A model generated the notes under the pieces. It was given only the letters and a program-made list of their open reading frames with translations. It ran no database searches and was not told the origin of the DNA. Both the position numbers and the translations under genes were made by a program. From Mobula hypostoma (taxonomy: Eukaryota), in NCBI RefSeq assembly GCF_963921235.1, contig NC_086097.1, positions 25,670,001 through 25,734,000 of the forward strand: 64,000 bases of DNA, in the 5' to 3' direction. Below, in pieces: positions 53,961-64,000 of this stretch. How positions within the stretch are numbered: position 1 is the first letter of the stretch; each line of letters begins with the position of its first letter.

Positions 53961-54519
53961 AGTTCATTGAGCACAGGTCTTGGGTTGGGTGCAGATTGTC
54001 ATCAGGATAGCTGAAGTGAACTCCCGTAACAGGTAGTTCACTGTTAGATACTCCAGGCTGGGTGAGCAGGAATTTGCCAAGACCATCGTACCCAAGCACA
54101 GCAAGGTGTTGATTAGAAAGCCCTGTGCCTTTAACTTTTCCCAATAATGGCATATGGTCCATCTGGTGAATTAAGAAGCCATATAATTATAGTAAAACTA
54201 TCAATACCAACTTGAAATGGAGCACTTTAACACCTTCAGATACAACTGGCATAACCTAGATGGTGGGTATACAGTATTAACCAGGTGCAGAGCAGTCACA
54301 TTACCTCTAGTCTGAACTGAAACAGCAGGAAGTCCATTCAAAAGCTGAATTTTAACAAAGGCAAAGAGCCAATGCAAATCAGCTTTTGAATTGTATTTTA
54401 TTGCTACTTTCTACAGTCATCTTTGTGCCCCAGCTATCAATCCTTATTTCTTTGTATGCTCTGTTCATTCTTTTCATCCCTCTTCTTTCAGGTCTGTACA
54501 TATCCCAGGTCTGACTTGC

Positions 54520-56310
54520 GGAGGGCTACTTCTAGAGTTAAGAAACAACTCTGAGCAAGGTTGGAGGCAACATCGGATGCACATAAACTCAGGCAGGGTT
54601 TGAAAGACATTATTTTTTACAAAGTGAAACCCAATAGCATGAATGGCAGCAATGCTTAACTATCAGATGAGCTCAACGCCTTCTATGCCCAATTTGAAGG
54701 GGAGAAACTAACTACAGCTGTGAAGATCCCTGTTGCACCTGGTAACCCTCTGATCTCTGTCTCAGAGGAATACCTTAGGCTGTCCCTAAGGGTTGTGAAC
54801 CTCACAAGGAGGCGGGCCCTGATGAAGTACCTGGAAAGGCTCTGAAAACTTGTGCTAACTGGTGAAAGTATTCAAGGACATTTTCAACCTCTCACTAGTA
54901 CAGTTGGAAGTTCCCACCTGCAACAAATATTGCAGTACCCAAGAAGAGTAGTGCAAGCTGCTTTAATGACTATTGCCCAGTAGCACTCACATCTACAGTG
55001 ATGAAATGCTTTGAGAGATTGGTCATGGCTAGAATGAACTCCTGCCTCAGCAAAGAGCTGGACCCACTGCAATTTGCCTATTGCCACAACAGGTCTAGGG
55101 CAGACTCAATCTCAATGGCTCCTCACACGGCCTTAGATCACCTGGACAATACAAAAAACCTACATATGTCAGGATGCTGTTCATTACTATAGTTCAGCAT
55201 TTAACACCATCATTCCCACAGTCCTGATCAATAAACTACAGAAACTAGGCCTCTGTACCTCCCTTTGCAATTGGATCCTCGACTCCCTAACCAGATGACA
55301 ATCTATGCGGAGTGGTGATAATATCTCCTCTTCACTGATGATCAACACTGACGCACCTCAGGAGTGTAGCCCATTGCTCTATCCGCTCTATACCCATGAC
55401 TGTGCGGCTAGGTATAGCTCAAATATCATCTATAAATTTGCTGATGATACAATCATTGCTGGTAGAATCTCAGATGGAGATGACAGGGCATAGAGGAGCA
55501 AGATATACCATCTAGTTGAGTCGTGTTGCAGCAATGACCTCGCACTCAATGTCAATAAGATGAAAGAGCTAATCATGAACTTCAGGAAGGGTGAAATAAG
55601 GGAACTCGAACCAATCCTTAGAGGGATCAGAAGTGGAGAGAAAGAGCACTTTCAAGTTCCCGAGTGTCAAGATCTCTGAGGATCTAACCTGGTCCCAACA
55701 TATTGATGTAGCTATAAAGTAGGCAAGATAATGGCTACATATCATGAGGAGTTTGAAGAGATTTGGTTCGTCACCTAAAACACTCAAATACTCCTACCAT
55801 GGAGAGCATTCTAACAGGCTGCATCACTGTCTGTATTGGGGGGGGGGGCAACTGCACAAGATCAAAAGAAATAAAAGAAATTTATAAAATTAGTCAGCTC
55901 CATCTTGGGTATTAGTCTCCGTAGTATCCCAGACATCTTCAAGGAGCGGTGCCTCAGAAAGGCAATGTCCATTCACCCAGGGCATGCCCTCTTCTCATTG
56001 TTACCATCACGAAGGAGGTACAGAAGCCTGAAGGCACACATTCAGTGATTCAGGAACAGCTTCTTCCTTTCTGCCATATAATTCCTAAACGGACTTTGAA
56101 CCCATAGACACTACCTCACTTTTTTAAAAAAATATATATTACTTCTGTTTTTGCACTATTTTTAATCTATTTAATATACAAATATATACTTATTGCAATT
56201 GTTTTACTTATTCTTTTCTTTCTATATTCTCATGTATTGCATTGTACTACTGCTGCTAAGATTATAAATTTCACAATACATGCCCGATGATGATAAACCT
56301 GATTCTGATT
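54520..56310 (+). mobile_element. Rex1/Babar LINE RT and 3' portion, decayed
   Basis: [21 protein letters not shown]; same tail as the 6760-9810 copy. Confidence 0.85.
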
Positions 56311-56582
56311 TAAGTTGCTAATATATCCAACAGTTCTTTTGTCTCTTTTACCACGTAAACAATTTTTGAGATCAATGTACTGTATATGTTCATGTACGTA
56401 TTAAACAGCTAAGATAATCACAATGGGAAACAAACTGACAATTTTGAGATTAGGTAATTAAACTAAATCAATGAAATTATAAAATGGTAAGTCAGGAATA
56501 AAGAGAGGCAAACAGGTTCCAGATCTCCAAGTTTCTAAACACAATGGGCATTAGCAGAATGACATTTGGTGTTTTTACATAC

Positions 56583-56701
56583 ATGATTCAGTGGCTCAGT
56601 CTCATCTACAAATCTCACAGAGGCAGATCTAGACCTTCTGAGACTTGATTTTGCGTAACTTCCAGGGTCCCTGAGGGGCGAGGTAGGGCGGTATCGATGA
56701 C
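56583..56701 (-). CDS. CEP128: CEP128 coding exon: (G)HRYRPTSPLRDPGSYAKSSLRRSRSASVRFVDETEPLNH
   Basis: Acceptor ttttcagtag| and donor |gtatgt; 119 nt, phase 1 to 0, in frame with neighbours. Resembles human PTSPLKD...RSRTGVRFVQET. Confidence 0.92.
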
Positions 56702-58389
56702 CTACTGAAAACACAAAATTAGTTAAATTCACTTTACATTAAATAAGGGACATCAGAAACGAAAGTTCATAAATTGTTCAAAGACTTAAGAAGTGGATTT
56801 TAATAAAAGAGGCAAAGGAAATGTTAGGCATATTTGCAATATAAAGAACAGGAATAAAAAGAATGAAAACAGCATTAGAAATAAGGTTAATACTCGGAGA
56901 ACAAAGATGGTTATGGAAAGCAGAAAGAAATATAAAACTGAGTTTGTGAAAAATAACAGCATATTAATTTGCCTACAAAGCAGACCACAGAGAATCAGCA
57001 TCAAACCGGGGAATTGAAGACAGTAATTAAAATGGAGACCACAATGATTATGGAAACATGGGATTGACAATTAAATTCTGCACTACATAGAAATGTTAGA
57101 AAACAAGAAATGATGGGCAGGGTTATAGTGTAAATTAGAACTATGGCAGTTACAAGAATGCATGCAGCTAAAAGGGCTGAAAGAATCCATGTGAATTGAG
57201 ATAAAAGGCAAAGAACAGATTGTACTAGTTGGGATATTCTAGGGGCCAAATAAAGGAAGAAGATGGAGAAAAAAAATGTAAAACTGAAGCATTATAACAT
57301 GAAGACAACAGGTTTAATAACCTACTTATAATGACAAGAAGTGTGAATAAACGAGAAAGGATGAACAACATTTTCACTGTGGAACTTTCTGAACTTGTAT
57401 GCAGGAATCCCAACAAAGAACAAAATGCCACCAAAGCTGATAATAGAAAATAATCTGAAGCTAATAGCACAAATATAGGAACCCAAGTAACTGTGATTGC
57501 AATACCTTATAAAGTAATTAAAGATAAAGAGAGAACAAAATAGCATTAGAAGAGTGAGATTAGAGGGAATCAGAAAGGAGTATCAACAGACGTAAGTAAA
57601 TTAACAACAGGGTTTTAATTTAAAAAAGTTCAGAAATATATAGGTGCACTACTAACAGCACAGCAGTGTAGGGAATCTATCACAAACTTCTGTGCTCTCT
57701 GTTGCTGCATGCCGATGTGTCAGGAACCCTGCCCTCTGCAGGTGACCATCACCAGACCAAGGAGAACCATGACTGCAAGAGTGCTCCAGATTCCTCCCAC
57801 ATTCCAAAAAAGGCATACAGTTAGGGTCAATGAATTGTTGGCATGTTATGTTGGCACCAGAAGCGCATTGACACTTGTGAGCTGACCAGCCCAATCCTCA
57901 CTGACTTTATTTGACTCCAACGATGTATGGCTTGATGAACATATGATAAATAAAGGTAATCTTCCTCTTGTAAAACTGTGCAGCCAAACAAAGAGGGGAG
58001 TTTCCATTGCATCCAAGAGGAGGTGATGAGAGAAACTGCAAGACCCGAGTGAGCCATCAACACATGCAGCAGATCCTGCCTGTATTACTAATGTGATTAC
58101 TCAAGTGGAGTATGATGCTAAGGGTTGTCTATTGCTGGGTCCTCAAGTGGTTGTAAAGGCTTCACATCTCAGCATCAAGTAGCTGCAGCACACAATCACC
58201 TCCTCGAAACCAGTCCTCACAGGCAGACCCTCAGCCAAAGGCATCACAGGACAGGGGAGAGTATAAGGTACCCAATGGGGAGAAGTAGTAACAGCGGAGT
58301 TCTCAGTACGGTAGTCCATACCCCCAGCAGATTTATTTTTAAGTTCATACTCATCAGTGTTCAGACCAAATGACTAAGAGTACAAAGCT

Positions 58390-58925
58390 TGAACTTAGGG
58401 CCCTTTTATCTAAGGAAGGACATTCTAGCATTGGAGACAGTCCAGAGGAGGTTCCAAGAAAATTATCTCTAGAATGAAAGGGTTAACAGTTGAGGAGTGT
58501 TTGATGCCTCTAGGCCTGTATTCACTGAATTTTAGAAGAATGGGGGGGGGGGGAGAATCTCATTGAAACCTATCAAATATTGAAAGACCAACATAGAGTG
58601 AACATGGAGAGAACATTTCCTGTAGTGGGTGAGTCTAGTACCAGAAGGCACAGCCTCAGAATAGAAGGATGTCCCTTTAGAACAGAAATGAGGAGGAATT
58701 TCTTCAGCCAGAGGCTGCTGAAACTGTGGAATTCACTGCCACAGATGGCTGTAGAGGCCAAGTCATTGGATATATTTAAAATAGAGGTTGATAGTTTCTT
58801 GATTAGTAAAATAGGGAGGAGGCAGCGAAATGGGGTTGAGAGGGAAAATAAATCAGCTAAGATGGAATGATGTTGCAGACTCAATGGATCTAATTCTGCA
58901 CCTATGCCTTATGGCCTTATGGAAA
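58390..58925 (+). mobile_element. CR1 3' fragment
   Basis: FPVVGESSTRRHSLRIEGCPFRTEMRRNFFSQR. Confidence 0.8.
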
Positions 58926-61659
58926 GGATGCAGAAATATTCACAAGGAGTTTACAAGGACTAGAATACTTAAGTTATAAAGAGAAACTAGTAAAATGGGG
59001 CTATTCCCAAGCAAGAGAAAATCTGCAGATGCTGGAAATCCGAACAATACCCGAAACTTCAACTGTACTTTTTTCCTATATGCTGCCTGTCCTGCCGAGT
59101 TCCTCCAGCATTTTTGTGAGTTCTGCTAAGATGGGGCTATTTTCCTTAAGATGAAGGAGACTGGGGGATGACCCAATAGAGGTCTATAAAACCCATGAGG
59201 GACAGTGTGAAGGTTACAGTGTTTCTCCCTTGTGGTAGTGGAGTCCAAAACTTCAGGGCATAGCTTTAAGATGAGAGGGGAAGATTTTCCCCTCCCACAC
59301 ACACTCACAAAAGGTGGTGAATATATGAAATGAGCTGCCAGAGGAAGTGGTAGAGACAGATAGAATTATAACATTTAAAAGACATTCAGACAGACAGGTA
59401 CATCAATAGGAAAGGTTAGAGGGCCAAGCTCAAGCAAATAGGACACGCTCAGGTAAACAACGTTGTTTGTTTTTGTGCTTTATAACCCTCTGACACTACT
59501 AGAATGAATCGACACTCAGTAGGGGAGCTCAAAAAAGGATATCAGTGGAATATTAGTGGAAGTGACAACAAACATAATTAGGAAGCCAAAGAGGAATTAA
59601 ATTAAAATATCAAAAGAACGAAGTATTCCACTGGCACCCACATGTCAAAAAGAAATAAAGATGAAACAGGCATAATAAATAATGAGCAAATTAAATGATT
59701 TAAATGGGAATTACAAAAGATTCTGTGGTCCTTTCTAAACAGAGTGCAACTGACAACAGTTTAAACTAAGGACTGAACTTTTTTCTGGTTCAGAAAGAAA
59801 ATATTATACAACTCAAAACAAGTCAAATTTAAGGATAACAGAAATTAGAAAAACAAAAAGGTGCCAGACAACTGGAGTTTAGCAAATGTACCTACTATTT
59901 TAAGTCGCCAATTAATCAAGGGAACACAAGAGCTCTTTTAGGTACGATAAACACTGGAGTCCATGCAAGAATATGAACAAAACATCCAAGGAGGTTCAAT
60001 ATAATGAAGTCAACAGAGCTCAGAAAGGAAAAGCATTTTCAGGCAACATTGAATATTTGTAATAGGAACATAAAGTATAGACAAATACAACACATATGAC
60101 AAGTGGCCTTTTGTAAGAGACAAACTTTAAAAAAGTATATTAGGGTTGACTTGCCAACATCAAATGACAGTATAGTCAGATTAACAGACTGTTCAGCCCA
60201 TTGAGTCCATGCCAACAATCAACCGCCATTTACAATAATCCTACATTCATCTTGTTTTTTCATTCTCCCCACATTCTCATCAATGGCCCCAATTCCTACC
60301 ACTCACCTACATAGCAGCACCAATTCACAGTGGACAACTAACTTTACAACTCAGCAGTTACAGGGAGAATGTGCCTGCAACTGAATGTGCCACATTGGTG
60401 CTCAGAGTTTAACTTGGGTATCTCGCATTACAAGACAAGGGCTCTATTAGGTGTGGCAATAAACTTTCTACAAATTTACAACCGAAGATTGAGAAGCAGG
60501 TTCTGATTTAGCATGGATAAACAATAAATTATGTGAATTGTGGATAGAACATCAGTGTCAGCTCTGATATCCCAAAATATCATCTGGCCAGTTAGAGTCC
60601 AGAACACTGCCACTGTGAGTGATAAATGGCAGAGGGAAAAACTGACACTAAACAAACTAAATTATAAACGAGAAACTCAAAGAAAAAGTCATGATGGGGA
60701 AAAAATTCTAACTAATGTACCATCAATGAAGTTGCTGACAGTGGAGTATTGATAAGAAGTCTATCGCTAGGAAAAGCATTGATAAATGCAGAATCTGGTT
60801 AAGGTTTTGTTTGGAAATATGAGAATGAGCAGGGGTCAGGCAAATAACTACTTAATATTCAATATTATGGCAGATTCTTCCACTTATCATCAACCATTTT
60901 CACCATTTGATCACCATTAACCCATTCCCTTAATGTCCAAATACCTATTGAACCCAGTTTTGAATAGTCTCAATGACTGACCAAACACAACTTAAGTACA
61001 ACAAATTTACAACCCCCCATGTAATTTCTCCATATTTCATTCCCAGTTTGCCAATCCCTCATCCTGTGACTGTACCCTAAACTCTAGATCCTACAACTAA
61101 AATTTGGAGGGTAGTACAACTACTATCCTCCAAATCTCTCTTTGAATCTGTGTACCTCAACGAATTTACCTTGGGTGTTCTTAAAATTCAGTGAATATGG
61201 GTCAACGCAAACACGAGGAAATCTGCAGATGCTGAAAATTCAAGCAACACAGGGTCTCAGCCTGAAACGTCGACTGTGCTTCTTCCTATGGATGCTGCCT
61301 GGCCTGCTGTGTTCCACCAGCATTTTGAATATGGGTCAATACTACTTGATCTCTTAAAGACAAGTGCTACATTTCAATGCTGCACCAAAATATCTCTTGA
61401 GGGCAGCACAGTTGCATAGCAGTTATCGTAATGCTTTACACCACCAGCAATCACAATCAAGGTTCAATTCCCACCGCTGTCTGTATGGGTTTCTACCAGG
61501 TCCTCTGATTTCGCCTACATTCCAGATGTTGTACAGGTTATCGTTAGTAAAGTTCTGGGAATGCTACACTGATACTAGAAGCATAGCTGCCCCCAGCACA
61601 TCCTCAGTCTGTGTCGGTCACTGGTGCAAGTAGCACATTTCACTGTGTGTTTCAATGTA

Positions 61660-63251
61660 CAAACCCCATTTCCAGAAAAGTTGGGATATTTTCCAAAATG
61701 CAATAAAAACAAAAATCTGTGATATGTAAATTCACGTGAACCTTTATTTAACTGACAAAAGTACAAAGAAAAGATTTTCAATAGTTTTACCGACCAACTT
61801 AATTGTAGTTTGTAAACATACACAAATTTAGAATTTGATGGCTGCAACACACTCAACAAAAGTTGGGGCAGAGGCATGTTTACCATTGTGTTACATCGCC
61901 TTTCCTTTTAATAACACTTTTTAATCCTTTTGGAACTGAGGATACTAATTGTAGTAGATTTGCAATTGGAAATTTTGTCCATTCTTGCTTGATATAAGAC
62001 TTCAGCTGCTCAACAGTCCGTGGTCTCCATTGTCTGATTCTCCTCTTCATGATGCGCCATACATTTTCAATAGGAGATAGATCTGGACTTGCAGCAGGCC
62101 AGTCAAGCACACGCACTCTGTGTCTACAAAGTCACGCTGTTGTAGCCCGTGCAGAATGTGGTCTGGCATTGTCCTGCTGAAATAAGCATGGACGTCCCGG
62201 GAAGAGACGTCGCCTTGATGGCAACATATGTCTCTCTAAAATCCTCAGAGTCAATGGTACCTTCACATACATGCAACTCACCCACGCTGTGGGCACTGAT
62301 GCACCCCCATACCATCACAGATGCTGGCTTTTGCACCTTTCGCTGATAACAATCTGGATGGTCGTTTTCATCTTTGGCACGGAGAACTCGACGTCTGGTT
62401 TTTCCGAAAACTAGCTGAAATGTGGACTCATCTGACCACAGCACACTGTTCCACAGTCTTTTGGTCCATCTGAGATGAGCTCAGGCCCAGAGAACTCGCC
62501 GGCGTTTCTGCATAGAGTTGATGTATGGCTTCCTCCTTGCGTAATACAGTTTCAAGTTGCATTTCTGGATGCAGCGACCGACTGTGTTGAGTGACAATGG
62601 TTTTCCGAAGTACTCCCGAGCCCAGGTGGCTATAATTGTCACAGTAGCATGACGTTTTTTCAGGCAGTGCCGCCTGAGGGCTCGAAGATCACGCGCATTC
62701 AACAGTGGTTTCCGACCTTGCCCTTTACGCACTGAGATGTCTCTGAATTCTCTGAACCTTTCAAAATATTATGTACTGTAGATGTTAAAAGACCTAAATT
62801 CTCTGCAATCTTGCGTTGAGAAATGTTCCTCTTGAACTGACTAACAATTCTCTCAAGAATTTTGGCACAAAGGGGTGAGCCACGACCCATCCTTGCTTGC
62901 AAAGACTGAGCCTTTGATGGATGCTACTTTTATACCCAGTCAGGATACCTCACCTGCTACCAATTAGCCTGCTTAATGTGGAGTCTTCCAAACCGGTGTT
63001 ACTTGAATATCCTGTGCACTTTTCAATCTTATTTTAACTCTGTCCCAACTTTTGTTGAGTGTGTTGCAGCCATCAAATTCTAAATTTCTGTATGTTTACA
63101 AAATACAATTAAGTTGGTCAGTAAAACTATTGAAAATCTTTTCTTTGTACTTTTGCCAGTTAAATAAAGGTTTACGTGAATTAACACATCACAGATTTTT
63201 GTTTTTATTGCATTTTGGAAAATATCCCAACTTTTCTGGAAATGGGGTTTG
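61660..63251 (-). mobile_element. Full-length DD34E Tc1 transposon; transposase pseudogene at 61880-62890
   Basis: TA TSDs; ~210-bp TIRs caaaccccatttccagaaaagttggga; WSDES, QDN-(34 residues)-E in SPDLSPIE; stops and frameshifts. Confidence 0.93.
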
Positions 63252-63350
63252 TATATGTGACAAATAAAGGTAACCTTTATCATCTTTGATTACATTGAGA
63301 TCTGAAGAAAAACACAGCATTTTATGGCCTAACCATAACATCTCCTTTAC

Positions 63351-63462
63351 CTGCAGCTGAGTCACTTTGCAGATCACTTGCACGAAGAGGAGCTATTCCA
63401 GCATTTCTGCTCAATCGCTGGCTTCGCAGTTCATCAATGGATTGTTCTAAATTATCTCGCAG
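63351..63462 (-). CDS. CEP128: CEP128 coding exon (first in window): LRDNLEQSIDELRSQRLSRNAGIAPLRASDLQSDSAA+G
   Basis: Acceptor ttttttttgaag| and donor |gtaaag; 112 nt, phase 0 to 1. Resembles human CEP128 LKESLEQSIDQLRSQRLLRN...SASDL as recalled. Confidence 0.92.
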
Positions 63463-63509
63463 CTTCAAAAAAAATATGGTAGAATTGTATTATGTTGCTG
63501 TTTCAATAT

Positions 63510-64000
63510 ATCATTTCAATTTTGATAATAAGGACGGTTCAAGACAAATTCTCCATAAATCATACTGTAGGAGGAGTATTAGGCCATTTGGCTCAACCAG
63601 TCTGTTCTGCTATTTTCATCATGGCTGATTTATTAACTCTCTCAACCCCATTCTCTTACCTTCTCCCCATAACCTTTGTTGCTCTCACTAATCAAGAACC
63701 TAGCAACCTCCTCTTTAAATGCACCAAATGACTTCACCTCCAGAACCATATGTGGCAATGAATTCCTCAGATTCACCACGATTTGGCTAAAGAAATTCCT
63801 CCCTATCTCTGTTCTAAAGGGTCATCCTTCTTTTCTGAAGCTGTGCCCTCTGGTCCTAGACCTCCCCACCATTGGAAGCATCCTCTCCACATCCACTCTA
63901 GGCCTTTCAATATTCAACAGATTTCAATGAGATCCTTCCTCATTCTTCTTAAGTCCAGTGTATACAGGCCCAGAGCCATCAAACTCTCTTGGTACATTAA
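63510..64000 (-). mobile_element. CR1 3' fragment
   Basis: Reverse complement of the CR1 3' end seen at 58390-58925. Confidence 0.8.

Noticed and set aside
56730..60170. A-rich apparently unique tracts (56730-57630, 59520-60170) as novel sequence
   Set aside because: At least the second carries a worn CR1 motif (VPDNWSLANV near 59860); probably ancient LINE debris.

Overview
Vertebrate genomic DNA, most likely from a cartilaginous fish (ray or shark; inferred from the repeat families). The window holds five short, frame-consistent exons of the centriolar gene CEP128 on the minus strand. The introns (about 4-17 kb, the last over 23 kb) are mostly nested, decayed transposons: many CR1 and Rex1/Babar LINEs, two RTE LINEs, a HERO-like restriction-like-endonuclease retrotransposon, Penelope GIY-YIG remnants, a hAT, two Tc1 elements, a Tigger/pogo derivative, a mariner MITE, solo LTRs and SINEs. 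The most notable signal is a family of small Penelope-derived insertions carrying a minimal type I hammerhead ribozyme motif (CTGANGA...GAAA-cg-TC). Three young copies have clean target-site duplications (TSDs), and two of these are fold-back palindromes of about 220-230 bp centred on the ribozyme. Family names and orthology come from motif recognition and memory, not database searches, and most repeat boundaries are approximate.
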